A DNA stretch of 63,956 nucleotides, counting the filler, from Acidimicrobiia bacterium (GTDB taxonomy: Bacteria; Actinomycetota; Acidimicrobiia; Spongiisociales; CAZKJJ01), in NCBI GenBank assembly GCA_046759765.1. It is 3 parts of 3 records of this genome, joined end to end, with 100 filler letters (N's around TTAATTAATTAA, not from the genome) between each part and the next. Parts side by side here need not be neighbours in the genome. Positions count along the whole stretch, not along the records: positions 22,531 to 43,779 come from JBHICV010000027.1; positions 43,880 to 63,956 come from JBHICV010000030.1; 1 more part is not named here. One strand, given 5' to 3'. Shown here one piece after another: positions 39,654 through 50,118 of this stretch. Below the pieces are notes generated by a model. It saw only the letters and a program-made list of their open reading frames with translations, searched no databases and was not told the origin of the DNA. A program made the position numbers and the translations under genes. The first letter of the stretch is position 1; each line of letters starts with the position of its first letter.

Positions 39654-41558
39654 TCAGGACTCCGACTGGGCGGCTGCCACCCCCTTGGGGCCGGCTTGTT
39701 CCGGTACCGGCATTCGTATGCGCATGGCGCCGCCGGAGTCATGCTCCCACTTCGGTACGTCCGCCAGGATCTCGGCCACGTCGTCCGAATCGATCGTTTC
39801 CCGCTCAATGAGGAGGTTGGCCAGCTTGTCGAGTGCGTCTCGGTGGGTCGCCAGGATTTGTCGAGCCTCCTCGTGAGCCTGCCCGATCAGCTTGCGAACT
39901 TCCTCGTCAATGAAGCTGGCCACCTCGTCCGAGTAGTCCTGCTGGCGCGCGTAGTCCCGGCCTAGGAAGACCTCACCAGTGGCTTGGCCATATTTCATCG
40001 GCCCGAGGCGGTCGCTCATCCCGTATTCCATGACCATCTTGCGGGCTTGCTCCGTGGCCTTGTCAATGTCGTTGGCCGCTCCCGTAGAGGGATCCACGAA
40101 GATCAGCTCCTCCGCTGTGCGACCCCCCAACAGCATCGCCAACTGATCTACCAGCTCACTCCGCTTCATGATGTACTTGTCTTGCTCTGGCAGAGATTGC
40201 GTATGCCCGAGAGACCTTCCGCGAGGGATGATCGTGACCTTGTGAATCGGATCGGCCATCGGTAGTGCCCATCCGACGAGGGCATGGCCGGATTCGTGAT
40301 ATGCGATGACCAGCTTCTCCTCGTCCGAGATCAGCCGGCTCTTGCGCTCCGGGCCAGCGATAACCCGGTCGATCGAGTCCTCCAGGTTCTGCATCGAGAC
40401 CTTCTTCTGATCGTGACGAGCCGCAAGAAGGGCGGCTTCGTTGATCAAGTTGGCGAGGTCGGCGCCCGTGAATCCAGGTGTCTGGCGGGCCAGCACCTCG
40501 AAGTCGACGTCATCGACGAGCGGCTTGCCCTTGGCGTGCACCTCGAGGATGGCCTTGCGGCCGAGCAGGTCGGGGCGATCGACGACAATCTGCCGGTCGA
40601 ACCTCCCTGGCCGTAGGAGAGCGGGATCGAGTATGTCCGGCCGGTTGGAGGCCGCGATGACAATCACGCCCGTGTTTACGTCGAATCCGTCGAGCTCCAC
40701 CAGTAGCTGATTGAGGGTCTGTTCGCGTTCGTCGTGTCCGCCGCCGAGCCCTGCGCCTCGGTGCCGGCCGACCGCGTCGATCTCGTCGATGAATACGATC
40801 GCCGGTGCGTTCGACTTTGCCTGGTCGAAGAGATCACGCACCCTGGCGGCCCCAACACCAACAAACATCTCGACGAAGTCCGACCCTGAGATCGAGAAGA
40901 ACGGCCTGGCTGCCTCGCCGGCAACCGCGCGAGCGAGCAAGGTCTTGCCTGTGCCCGGAGGGCCGTAGAGCAAAACGCCTTTGGGGATCTTGGCTCCCAT
41001 CTGGGCGAATCGCTTCGGATTCTCGAGGAACTCCTTGATCTCGACTAGCTCTTCGACCGCCTCGTCGGCTCCAGCCACGTCGTCGAACGTGACCTTGGGC
41101 ATGTCCTTCGTGATCTGCTTGGCCCGAGCCTTGCCGAATTGCATTACTCGGTTACCGCCTCCCTGCATCTGGAAGATGATGAACACCATGAAACCGATCA
41201 GGAACAGCCAGGGCAGGAACTGGAGAAGGATGGCGAAGACGCTGGGGGGCTCGGCGTCGACTTGGTACTCGATGCCCTGGTCGATCAGCGACTTGGTGAG
41301 TATCTCCTCATATCCGTCGTTGTAGGCGGCGGTGAAGTCGGGATCGCCGTCCTCCTGGCCTCGGGTTTCCCACTGGACGGCTTGCGATTCTCTGAGGATG
41401 ACGACGTTGGCGACGCGTCCCGCGTCAAGGTCGCTCTGGAACTGGGTAACCGTGACCTCCTCGGGCGCAGTAGCCCGTTCCACCCAGTTCTGAGCAACGA
41501 AGACGGCGACAAGAACCAAAGCGCCGTAAATCAGGATGGTTCGCAGGGTGCGGTTCAC
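39654..41558 (-). CDS. ftsH: ATP-dependent zinc metalloprotease FtsH
   Basis: Two TMs, [32 protein letters not shown]. Confidence 0.97.
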   Translation of the reverse strand: MNRTLRTILIYGALVLVAVFVAQNWVERATAPEEVTVTQFQSDLDAGRVANVVILRESQAVQWETRGQEDGDPDFTAAYNDGYEEILTKSLIDQGIEYQVDAEPPSVFAILLQFLPWLFLIGFMVFIIFQMQGGGNRVMQFGKARAKQITKDMPKVTFDDVAGADEAVEELVEIKEFLENPKRFAQMGAKIPKGVLLYGPPGTGKTLLARAVAGEAARPFFSISGSDFVEMFVGVGAARVRDLFDQAKSNAPAIVFIDEIDAVGRHRGAGLGGGHDEREQTLNQLLVELDGFDVNTGVIVIAASNRPDILDPALLRPGRFDRQIVVDRPDLLGRKAILEVHAKGKPLVDDVDFEVLARQTPGFTGADLANLINEAALLAARHDQKKVSMQNLEDSIDRVIAGPERKSRLISDEEKLVIAYHESGHALVGWALPMADPIHKVTIIPRGRSLGHTQSLPEQDKYIMKRSELVDQLAMLLGGRTAEELIFVDPSTGAANDIDKATEQARKMVMEYGMSDRLGPMKYGQATGEVFLGRDYARQQDYSDEVASFIDEEVRKLIGQAHEEARQILATHRDALDKLANLLIERETIDSDDVAEILADVPKWEHDSGGAMRIRMPVPEQAGPKGVAAAQSES

Positions 41559-41647
41559 CCGTCCTCCTCAGGGACGCGTCTTACATGGTATGCGAACGGA
41601 CCGCGTAATGGGCAAACTCCTCCTTCCGACGTGCCGGCACAAACCTC

Positions 41648-42190
41648 TCACGTAGACCGGAGCAGCTCCTCGGCTTCTTCGCCGGTCATCACGGCCACAT
41701 AGGGGAGATTCCGGTACTTGCCTGCGTAATCGAGCCCATACCCGATCACAAACTCGGGGCCAATCTCGAACCCCAGATAGCGAACCTCCAAAGGAACCCT
41801 CTGAATTCCTTTCTTGACGAGCAGGGCGGCCACCTCAAGCGATGCCGGTCTTCGAACCCTCAGGCTCTTCAGAAGGTAGTTGAGGGTAAGACCGCTGTCG
41901 ATGATGTCCTCGACGATAAGGACGTTCCGGCCGGCGATCTCCTGGTCCAGGTCCTTGAGGATGCGAACGACCCCAGATGTTTGTGTGGCGGCGCCATAGG
42001 ACGAGACAGCCATGAAGTCGAACTCCACGGGGAGGTCGATGTGTCGAGCCAGATCGGCCATGACAATGAAGGCGCCTTTGAGCACCCCGACTATGAGGAG
42101 GTCCCGTCCCTGGTAGTCCTCAGTGATTGCACGACCCATCTCCTCCAGCTTGGCCGAGATCTCCTCGGCCGAGATCAACACATCGCTCAC
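41648..42190 (-). CDS. hpt: Hypoxanthine phosphoribosyltransferase
   Basis: GVLKG, VLIVEDIIDSGLT, GYGLD...YRNLP; GTGA overlap with tilS. Confidence 0.95.
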   Translation of the reverse strand: MSDVLISAEEISAKLEEMGRAITEDYQGRDLLIVGVLKGAFIVMADLARHIDLPVEFDFMAVSSYGAATQTSGVVRILKDLDQEIAGRNVLIVEDIIDSGLTLNYLLKSLRVRRPASLEVAALLVKKGIQRVPLEVRYLGFEIGPEFVIGYGLDYAGKYRNLPYVAVMTGEEAEELLRST

Positions 42191-43521
42191 CGCGCCTCCC
42201 GTTCCGCCCGCATCCAAAGGTAGCGCCGAGTTTCGAGTGTCACCCAATTGCGCTGTGCGCTCCGGACACCCGGTATCCACAGAACGTCGTCGTTAGCCGT
42301 TACTGCAGGCCAGCTCTCACGCTCACGGACGGGTACCTCCGCCTCCGCGAGTGCCTTCTTCACCTGTTTGTTACCCACCAGCATCGCCATCACGTCCCCT
42401 GGGCGGACACCTCGAACCTCACCCTTGGAGGGCAGGAGGTCGGCGTCGAAGACTGCCGTCCAGGGCGACAGAGGAAACGCGGTCGGAGCGAGTTCTTCCA
42501 CCCAGGCCTCGATTCTCCATTGGCCAAACCGCACCTCTCCCCTGAGACGCCAAGCCACCACATCGGGCGGCTCTTTCGACTCTCGTGCAGGCACTAGAGC
42601 CAACCACGGTCCCTCCCGGATGACTGCAACACCGCCTTCGATGTGTTCCGAGGGTTCCCCGGCGGCGACGGCCAACGCGGCCCTGACCTCGGCATCGGAA
42701 CCCCCGTAGGGCGCATGGACCACGCGGAGAGCCCGCCGGACCACCCTCTCGCGGAGGGGTAGCGGAAGACCAGCTAATGCGGGAACAGGGATCCGAACCT
42801 CTCCCCCTGGTCCGCTGGTCACCGGGACGCTCAAGGCCTGCTCGTCTAACAACGCCTCGTCGCGGCCTGCCTGCGCCGCCAATCGCACTAGGGCCTCCCT
42901 CAATGCCGGGTTGAAAGTCCGCTCAAGATCAGGAAATGTCGAGCGGCGAAGCGCGTTGCGGGGAGTGCTCTCATCGAGGTTGCTTGGATCGTCCTTCCAG
43001 GGCAGCCCGAGGATCGTGGCGAGCTCCCGTGTCTCGCGTCGCCATACCGACAGAAGCGGGCGGACGATGCGCCCTCTCTTGGCTGCCATCCCTGCCAGCC
43101 CTGACAGACCGGTGCCCCGAATCAGGTTGGCCAAGATCGTTTCGGCTTGATCGTCGGCCGTGTGACCTGTGACCAGCCACTCGCCTGCCTCAAGCCCTGC
43201 CTCCAGAGCCGAATAGCGCACACTGCGAGCTTGAGCCTCGGGTGAGGGGCCAACGGGTATCGAAACTCTCTCTATGTCGAGGGAAAGCTCCAAAGCTTCT
43301 GCTACTTCTTTGGCCGCCACTTCCATGAGGTCCGAGCCCGGCAACCCGTGATGGACGAACACCGCTCGAACCCGACCGCCCAACTCCTTCACTGCCCACG
43401 CGCACACGGCGCTGTCCGCTCCCCCGCTCAATGCGACGACCGCGGACCCGGCCGGCATCTGCGATCGCACCGCGTCGGTCACTCGATCCGACAGCGAAAT
43501 CAGGCGACGCGGGCCAGCCAC
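42187..43521 (-). CDS. tilS: tRNA(Ile)-lysidine synthetase
   Basis: ALSGGADS, HHGL, GHTADDQAET, RPLL, DPSN. Confidence 0.93.
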   Translation of the reverse strand: MAGPRRLISLSDRVTDAVRSQMPAGSAVVALSGGADSAVCAWAVKELGGRVRAVFVHHGLPGSDLMEVAAKEVAEALELSLDIERVSIPVGPSPEAQARSVRYSALEAGLEAGEWLVTGHTADDQAETILANLIRGTGLSGLAGMAAKRGRIVRPLLSVWRRETRELATILGLPWKDDPSNLDESTPRNALRRSTFPDLERTFNPALREALVRLAAQAGRDEALLDEQALSVPVTSGPGGEVRIPVPALAGLPLPLRERVVRRALRVVHAPYGGSDAEVRAALAVAAGEPSEHIEGGVAVIREGPWLALVPARESKEPPDVVAWRLRGEVRFGQWRIEAWVEELAPTAFPLSPWTAVFDADLLPSKGEVRGVRPGDVMAMLVGNKQVKKALAEAEVPVRERESWPAVTANDDVLWIPGVRSAQRNWVTLETRRYLWMRAEREAR

Positions 43522-43779
43522 TGTCCGGAATCCTCTATCTCGGCTCTAGTAGGTAGGTAGTCGGGGCCCTGCCAAGCAGCATCCAGTGCCGTCCACCCCG
43601 CTTGTTCGGTGACGGCGCGCACGAACCTCTCTCCCAGCTCGTACTGACGAAGCTTCAGCTCGAGGCCGGTCACGCGCAGGAACGCCTGCATCCGAGGGTC
43701 CATCCTGCGAGCTTTGAGAATCCGCGCCATCCGGGCGTGACTCTTCAGCAGCCGGGAACCGATGCGGTCCATGACCGCG
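43500..43779 (-). CDS. Zinc-dependent metalloprotease-like (DUF2342) protein, C-terminal part
   Basis: GLELKLRQYELGERFV...LPT.AEI....W..R; usual neighbour upstream of tilS; truncated at the gap. Confidence 0.75.
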
Positions 43780-43879
43780 NNNNNNNNNNNNNNNNNNNNN
43801 NNNNNNNNNNNNNNNNNNNNNNNTTAATTAATTAANNNNNNNNNNNNNNNNNNNNNNNNNNNNNNNNNNNNNNNNNNNN
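43780..43879. other. Artificial contig linker (N run containing TTAATTAATTAA)
   Basis: Same 100-nt linker design as 22431-22530. Confidence 0.97.
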
Positions 43880-44137
43880 GGCGGTCGCCGCTCGAATGCC
43901 GCGCACCTTGTTGGCAGCCACCGCGGCCCCGGCTCCGGAACCGCATACCAATATGCCGCGGTCGGCACGATCCTCGCGAACTGCGGAGGCAACCGCGGCC
44001 GCGATGTCCGGATAGTCGATGGGATCCTCGGAGTCCGTCCCCAAATCGAGCACCGCGTGCCCCTGGGCAGCCACCTCTCCCAGCAGCTCTTGTTTCAGTC
44101 TGAAGCCCGCGTGGTCGGACCCGATCGCGACACGCAC
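43880..44137 (-). CDS. rpiB: Ribose-5-phosphate isomerase B family (3' truncated)
   Basis: IGSDHAG, DYPD, GILVCGSG, ANKV.GIRA. Confidence 0.9.
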
Positions 44138-44175
44138 GGCGCGGAGGCTAGCGGCGTCCCGGTACGCTTGATCAG

Positions 44176-44673
44176 ATGCACAGATGGGCCGCGGTTCTGC
44201 TCATCGCCACCGCATGCGCCGGCTCGGTCCCCGCGCCGCCCATCGAACCTACGAGCCAGGTCTGCGCCGATTCTTTTTGCGTAACCGTGCCTGCCGGATG
44301 GCAGCACGAAGCCGGCGAAGAGGCCATCTCTTTCTCCCATCCCGATGCCACCTCAGCGATCGCCTTTGTCTCCCTCGTTGACATGAGCTGGATGTTGGAG
44401 TCGGTCGGCGCCACCTGGCCCTCTTCGCTCGAATCCGTCGAACGCGCCTACTGGAGCCTTCTCAGCGACCCGCCGCTGACCCCGGATCGGCTCACCGTCT
44501 CGGAGGAAGGGTGGGCCAGCTCCCAAGGTCGATTCGAAGGCTTGCCTCGCTGGCACGCGGTTCACGCCTTGGGCGACGGTCCCGTTGCCTTGGCGATCAC
44601 GGTTGAGGCGCCAGGAGATCAATGGGAAGCCCACGCCAGAACCTTTCTCGAAGGCGTGACGTTGCTTCCGTAA
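44176..44673 (+). CDS. Hypothetical lipoprotein
   Basis: LLIATAC lipobox; VTVPAGW motif. Confidence 0.55.
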   Translation: MHRWAAVLLIATACAGSVPAPPIEPTSQVCADSFCVTVPAGWQHEAGEEAISFSHPDATSAIAFVSLVDMSWMLESVGATWPSSLESVERAYWSLLSDPPLTPDRLTVSEEGWASSQGRFEGLPRWHAVHALGDGPVALAITVEAPGDQWEAHARTFLEGVTLLP

Positions 44674-44702
44674 AACCTCCTCCTCTCCGTAGGATGCGCG
44701 AT

Positions 44703-45965
44703 GTGCACGAAATAGTGGTTGCCGGTGGCCGGCCCATTGAGGGCATCGTCTCCGTCAGTGGCGCTAAGAACGCGGTCCTCAAGCACATGGTGGCGTCGGT
44801 ACTGGCACCAGGGACGCATGTTCTTCGCAATGTGCCGGCCATTGCAGACGTCGAGCTGATGGTGGAGGTGCTCACCTACGTCGGGGCTACGTGTACGACG
44901 GAAGGTGACGTTCTGACCATCGTGATGCCGGAGGTCGTGCGGCCCGAGGCTCCTCTTGATCTTGTGCGGCGCTTCCGGGCGTCGATCCTCGTTCTGGGAC
45001 CTTTGCTGGCGAGGTGCGGAGTGGCGCGGGTCGCTTTTCCCGGCGGTGACGAGTTGGGGGCGCGACCCATCGACATGCACATCGACGGCCTCCGCCGCAT
45101 GGGAGCTATGTTCTCGCTGGCGCACGGCGTGCTCACGGGCAATGTCGAAGGTCGGCTGCGGGGAGCCGAGATCGATCTCGAGTTCCCGAGTGTCGGCGCC
45201 ACCGAGAACCTCATGCTGGCGGCTGCGACAACCGACGGCGAGACTCTCATTCACAACGCGGCTCGCGAACCCGAGATCCAAGACCTGGCCAAGCTGCTCT
45301 CCGAGATGGGCGCCCGGATCGAGGGCACCGGAACGGCCACGGTCCGGATAGAGGGCGTGACCGAGCTCGTTCCTGCAGATCACGAGGTGATTCCCGATCG
45401 GCTGGAGGCAGGTACTTACGCGGCCGCGGCCGCGATCACCGGAGGGACGGTGACGGTGAAGGACTGCGTACCTGCCGATCTCCGGATGGAGCTGCACAAA
45501 CTGGCGGAGGCCGGCTGCGAGATCTCACGGGGCGACGACGCCTTCGAGGTGACCGGCCCGAATCGTCCGATAGCGGTGGACGTAGCCACCTTGCCTTTCC
45601 CGGGCTTTCACACCGATATGCAGCCGCAGATGGTGTCGTTGCTGTCGGTCGCCGATGGGACCTCGATCATCACCGAGAACCTCTACGACGCCCGCTTCCG
45701 TTACGTCGGTGAGCTCGCTCGCATGGGAGCCGACATAACTATCGAGGGACAGCACGCAGTGGTGAGGGGAGTCGAGCGACTATCCGGCTGTCCTGTCGAG
45801 GCTCCAGACATCCGAGCAGGAGCGGCTCTTGTCCTGGCCGGCCTGAGGGCCGACGGATACACACGCGTCGGCGAGATTCATCACATTGATCGCGGGTACG
45901 GCGACCTGGTCGGGAAGTTGCGGTCCCTCGGAGCCGAGGTCAGCCGCGCCGAACGTGTCGATTAG
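44703..45965 (+). CDS. murA: UDP-N-acetylglucosamine 1-carboxyvinyltransferase
   Basis: SGAKN, RASILVLGPL, GGDELGARPID, PSVGATEN, PGFHTDMQ, HIDRGY; start is GTG 44703 or ATG 44694. Confidence 0.95.
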   Translation: MHEIVVAGGRPIEGIVSVSGAKNAVLKHMVASVLAPGTHVLRNVPAIADVELMVEVLTYVGATCTTEGDVLTIVMPEVVRPEAPLDLVRRFRASILVLGPLLARCGVARVAFPGGDELGARPIDMHIDGLRRMGAMFSLAHGVLTGNVEGRLRGAEIDLEFPSVGATENLMLAAATTDGETLIHNAAREPEIQDLAKLLSEMGARIEGTGTATVRIEGVTELVPADHEVIPDRLEAGTYAAAAAITGGTVTVKDCVPADLRMELHKLAEAGCEISRGDDAFEVTGPNRPIAVDVATLPFPGFHTDMQPQMVSLLSVADGTSIITENLYDARFRYVGELARMGADITIEGQHAVVRGVERLSGCPVEAPDIRAGAALVLAGLRADGYTRVGEIHHIDRGYGDLVGKLRSLGAEVSRAERVD

Positions 45966-47556
45966 AAGACTGGCGACTGCGCTCCTTCTCTTGACGCTGA
46001 TCGCGGCAGCGACCCCCACCGCAGCTGCTCAGGATGATCCGCAGGAACCGGTCGGGTTCTTCCGCGAGGTCGAGTTGGTCCCGGCGGAGGGGGTGAGGTT
46101 CACTTGGGAGGGCGGGGTCTACGAAGGTTCGCTGATCGTCCGCGGCCACGCTGACGGGCTCTCACTGATCGAGACCGCCTCCCCGGAGCGCTACTTGCTC
46201 GGGATTCAGGAGGTTCCCTATTCGTGGCACATCGAGGCTCTTCGGACACAGGCGGTAGCGGCCCGGACCTACCTGGCATGGACGCTGGCCCGAGGTCGTG
46301 CAGGCGCAGCAAGGCAGTATGGGTTCGACATCTGCGCCACGTCCGCCTGCCAGGTCTATAGAGGGCTTGGGCTCCTCGAGGGTGGGATCGGAGATACCTG
46401 GGCAGAGGCAGTGACGTCGACGACAGGCGAGGTGCTCCTTCACGAAGGAGCACCGGCCCTAACGCTCTACAGCTCGACCACGGGCGGCCGGACCAGCTCC
46501 ATCGAGGATGTCTATATCGATCGCGATCCGGTCCCCTACCTCCAGGGCGTCCCCTCGGGGGGAGAGCCCTCCCCGTTCGTGGACTGGTCCTTTCTGCTCC
46601 CCCAAAACTCCATGGAGCGGATTCTCGACGAGTGGGGGGAGCTCCCCGGCTTGCTTGAGGACATAGAGGTGACCACGAAGGGGGTCGGCGAAGGCCCCTG
46701 GACCGTCACGCTCACCTCCGACCAGGACTCGGTCGATATGTCGACCTGGCAGTTCAGATCGGTGATGAACCAGTTGGGACCGGATGCAGCTCCCGACTAC
46801 CTGCCCGGACCACGGCCCGAGGGCGGACGCTACCCGCAAACGGTGCTGGCTCCGACCTACACGATCATGAAGCAGACGCGGTATGTGCCCACGGACGGGC
46901 CCCGTGGCCTCCAGCGCATGGTCGTCTATCGATTCCGCGGCGGCGGCTGGGGCCACACAGTGGGCCTGAGCCAATACGGAGCTCTCGCCATGGCCGAGGA
47001 GGGCGCTGCTTACGCAGAGATACTCAGCCACTACTACACCGGCCTCTTTCCCGACGAAGCACCCGATGCCCTCCCGGAGGAGATAACGGTGGGTTTGGCG
47101 TGGAGACGCGACCGGGTGACGCTGAGACCGGATGGCCCCGTAACTGTGATTGCGGACGGAGAAGAGATTGCCACCGAGGCACTCGGGACCTGGAGCTTCC
47201 GACCTGACCGAAGGGATGTCGTCGTGCAGGCGCCGGTCGGGCTCGGGTTCCCGCTTGTCGTCCGGGACACCGCGCCGTTGATAGCCGCCGCGTTCGGGGA
47301 AGCTCCGGTGATTCCTTTCACACTCTCCGGCCCCGCTGAGGTGCGTCTGGTGGTATTCGACGGGCCCGGGGTAGCCGCCGAGGGAGAGTGGGTGATCCGG
47401 GAAGCCGGTAATCAGGTGATCGTGTGGGACGGGCTCGCGCAAGGGAAGCTGGCCTCTCCGGGCAGATACAGGGTCCTGATCGAAGCCCGCTCCTCGGAAG
47501 GTGCCGCCTATCAACTGACGACGGTCGGAATCGGCCAGGTTCGGACTGCCCCCTAA
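45955..47556 (+). CDS. SpoIID/LytB domain protein (lytic transglycosylase-like) with C-terminal Ig-like domain
   Basis: Signal peptide, EALRTQAVAARTY, CQVY, G.GWGH.VGLSQYGA, IL.HYY; WDG...G.Y tail. Confidence 0.85.
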   Translation: MSIRRLATALLLLTLIAAATPTAAAQDDPQEPVGFFREVELVPAEGVRFTWEGGVYEGSLIVRGHADGLSLIETASPERYLLGIQEVPYSWHIEALRTQAVAARTYLAWTLARGRAGAARQYGFDICATSACQVYRGLGLLEGGIGDTWAEAVTSTTGEVLLHEGAPALTLYSSTTGGRTSSIEDVYIDRDPVPYLQGVPSGGEPSPFVDWSFLLPQNSMERILDEWGELPGLLEDIEVTTKGVGEGPWTVTLTSDQDSVDMSTWQFRSVMNQLGPDAAPDYLPGPRPEGGRYPQTVLAPTYTIMKQTRYVPTDGPRGLQRMVVYRFRGGGWGHTVGLSQYGALAMAEEGAAYAEILSHYYTGLFPDEAPDALPEEITVGLAWRRDRVTLRPDGPVTVIADGEEIATEALGTWSFRPDRRDVVVQAPVGLGFPLVVRDTAPLIAAAFGEAPVIPFTLSGPAEVRLVVFDGPGVAAEGEWVIREAGNQVIVWDGLAQGKLASPGRYRVLIEARSSEGAAYQLTTVGIGQVRTAP

Positions 47557-47599
47557 ACTGGAACAGGTAGGCGCCGTAAAACGTTTCTGAGGACGACCT

Positions 47600-47875
47600 A
47601 TGACCCAGGAAGTGACAATCCGGAGCTCTGCGCAGCCCTCCGAGGACGTTGTCGATCTTGCGGAGCTCGAAGAGACGCTCGATTATATCCGACCTGCTCT
47701 CCAGTCCGATGGCGGTGATCTGATCCTGCTGGGCGTGGAGGGCGGACGGGTAACTCTGCAGATGGTCGGCGCCTGCGGCGGCTGCCCTCTCTCGACATTG
47801 ACGCTGCAGGCCGGAATCGAGCGTATCCTCACCGACCGGGTTACAGGCGTGACCGAGGTGATTGCCAAGGCCTAG
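47600..47875 (+). CDS. NifU/NfuA-type Fe-S carrier
   Basis: IRPALQSDGGD, GACGGCP. Confidence 0.9.
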   Translation: MTQEVTIRSSAQPSEDVVDLAELEETLDYIRPALQSDGGDLILLGVEGGRVTLQMVGACGGCPLSTLTLQAGIERILTDRVTGVTEVIAKA

Positions 47876-47927
47876 GTCCGTTACTGGATCAACATTCGCA
47901 CTGCGGTCTACCCCTAGCCTCGCGTCA

Positions 47928-48854
47928 ATGTCAGGTCTTGCCGAGCTCGTGCGCGAAGGGGACTCGAGAGCAGTGGCTCGTCTTATAACCCTTCTCGAGG
48001 AAGGCGATCCGACGGGCCAAAAGGCTCTGGCCGACCTCTTCCCGCACACAGGGCGAGCGCACGTCGTCGGCGTCACCGGAGCGCCTGGAGCAGGTAAAAG
48101 CACTATCTCCGACCAGATCATTCGACTGGTTAGGCGCAGCGAGCAGGGGATTGGGGTGCTCGCCGTCGACCCCACCAGCCCTTTCTCCGGGGGAGCGATT
48201 CTCGGAGACCGCGTTCGCATGCAGGATCATGCTTCCGACCCTGAGGTCTTCATTCGCTCACTGGCCAGCCGCGGGCACCTCGGCGGCCTGTCGGCGGTTG
48301 CCCCCCAGGCCGTCGCGGTCCTAGACGCGGCCGGGAAGCCATTCGTTCTGGTCGAGACGGTAGGGGTAGGCCAGGCAGAGGTCGAGATCGTCGAGCGGGC
48401 CGACACAATCGTCGTGGTCGTCGCGGCCGGCTGGGGAGACGGGATCCAAGCCGCCAAGGCGGGACTGCTCGAGATCGCCGATGTATTCATCGTCAACAAA
48501 GCGGACCGTCCCGGCGCCGACGAGACCATCTCCGACCTCCGGCAGATGCTTCAGCTCGGGAGTGAGCGGCCCTGGACGCCTCCGATCATCAAGGCGGTTG
48601 CGACCAGCGGCGAAGGAATCGCGGAGGCGTGGGATGCGGTCCTTGCCCACCGTGAGCACCTCACCTCCAGCGGTGAGCTGAACCAGAGGCGAGCTGCTCG
48701 GCTCCAGAGCGAGCTCAACGAGGCCTTAGCCAGTGAGATGAGGCGGGCGGCCGCCAAGAAGTCTGGTCGAGAGATGACGAGCCTCACCGAGGACGTCTTG
48801 AGCCGGCGCGTCGACCCGTGGACGGCGGCCCGGCGCTCTGCCGAAACTGCCTAG
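47928..48854 (+). CDS. meaB: Methylmalonyl-CoA mutase-associated GTPase MeaB
   Basis: GAPGAGKST, AVDPTSP, ILGDRVRM, ETVGVGQ, NKAD. Confidence 0.92.
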   Translation: MSGLAELVREGDSRAVARLITLLEEGDPTGQKALADLFPHTGRAHVVGVTGAPGAGKSTISDQIIRLVRRSEQGIGVLAVDPTSPFSGGAILGDRVRMQDHASDPEVFIRSLASRGHLGGLSAVAPQAVAVLDAAGKPFVLVETVGVGQAEVEIVERADTIVVVVAAGWGDGIQAAKAGLLEIADVFIVNKADRPGADETISDLRQMLQLGSERPWTPPIIKAVATSGEGIAEAWDAVLAHREHLTSSGELNQRRAARLQSELNEALASEMRRAAAKKSGREMTSLTEDVLSRRVDPWTAARRSAETA

Positions 48855-48907
48855 CCCGAGCCGGGCCCATCCTCCCCACGGTTAGGCTGCCGCGCCGAGG
48901 AGGCGAC

Positions 48908-49675
48908 GTGGAACTATTGGAATACTCAGTAGACGGGGCCGTGGTGCTGATAAGGCTGAACCGGCCCCCGGTAAACGCAATCTCAAATGAGGTCACGCAC
49001 GAACTAGCTGAGGCATTCGAGAATGCGTCTGATCCGGGCATTCGTGCGGCCGTTATCTGGGGCGAACCTCACTTCTCGACTGGAGCGGATATCAAGGGGT
49101 TCGTTGCCCATCAGAAGGAAGGATCCGGAGAGCAATACGACATTCCTCTCCGCGCTGCAATTCGAAAGTTCGAGCAGCTCGCCAAGCCGACCTTCGCCGC
49201 CGTTTACGGCTACGCGCTCGGAGGGGGCCTGGAGCTCGCGGTGGTCGCCGACTTTCGTTACCTGGCCTCAGACGCCCAGGTAGGGCAGCCCGAAATCAAC
49301 CTGGGACTTATACCCGGCGCGGGCGGCACCCAGCGACTCACGCGACTCGTCGGCGTGAGCAAGGCACGGGACATCGTCTACTCGGGGCGTTTCGTTCCCG
49401 CCGATGAAGCCCTCGCCATAGGTCTGGCGGACAGGGTCGCAGATCCCGACGAGCTTTTGGACGTGACCCTCGAGGATGCAGCTCGCTATGCCAAGGGGCC
49501 GACCCTCGGGCTGGCCGCGGCCAAGCGGGCCATCAACGACGGCTGGGGCAGGCCGATCGACGAGGCCGTAGCTGTCGAGGAGCAGGCCTTCAACGACGTC
49601 TTCTGGACGGAGGATGCCGAGGCCGGAGTGGCGGCCTTCATTACCAAGGAGTCTCCCGAGTTCACCGGCCGCTGA
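48908..49675 (+). CDS. Enoyl-CoA hydratase/isomerase
   Basis: LNRPPVNA, GADI, GGGLELA, GQPEINLGLIPG; GGAGG RBS. Confidence 0.92.
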   Translation: MELLEYSVDGAVVLIRLNRPPVNAISNEVTHELAEAFENASDPGIRAAVIWGEPHFSTGADIKGFVAHQKEGSGEQYDIPLRAAIRKFEQLAKPTFAAVYGYALGGGLELAVVADFRYLASDAQVGQPEINLGLIPGAGGTQRLTRLVGVSKARDIVYSGRFVPADEALAIGLADRVADPDELLDVTLEDAARYAKGPTLGLAAAKRAINDGWGRPIDEAVAVEEQAFNDVFWTEDAEAGVAAFITKESPEFTGR

Positions 49676-50096
49676 GGACCCGCTCGGTCAACAGGGCCAG
49701 GCTGCGGCGCCAGATACGGAGCAGAATCGGCCGAGCGGCAAAGATTCCGAGTCTTCCTCCCATATACCAGGGGAACTCCAGATCCTCGCTCCAAGTCACC
49801 TTGGTAGCTCCGCCCACGTCGTCGAGGCGAAACTCACCGGTTCCTTTCACTCGCCCCCGATGAGCGACGGAGAGGACGTTTGGCTCGTCCCAGGCAATGA
49901 CTTCCAGCAGGTCCTGGACTCGAAACGGCCCAACTCGGCTGCCCACGATCATCCTGGTTCCGAGGCCGCTCCGTTGACTGGTGGCGAACTCGATCGACGT
50001 CACGTCGCTCATCCACTCGGACTGACCGGCAAAGTCGGCCAGTTCGGCCCAGACCCGCGGTGGCGGCGCTTCGATTCGCGCGGACAGGGAGATCAC
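49662..50096 (-). CDS. SRPBCC (polyketide cyclase/dehydrase-like) family protein
   Basis: I.APP.RVW..L.D....EW, W.E...FPW. Confidence 0.75.
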   Translation of the reverse strand: MISLSARIEAPPPRVWAELADFAGQSEWMSDVTSIEFATSQRSGLGTRMIVGSRVGPFRVQDLLEVIAWDEPNVLSVAHRGRVKGTGEFRLDDVGGATKVTWSEDLEFPWYMGGRLGIFAARPILLRIWRRSLALLTERVLSGR

Positions 50097-50118
50097 GCGA
50101 TCTGGGACAATACCGATC

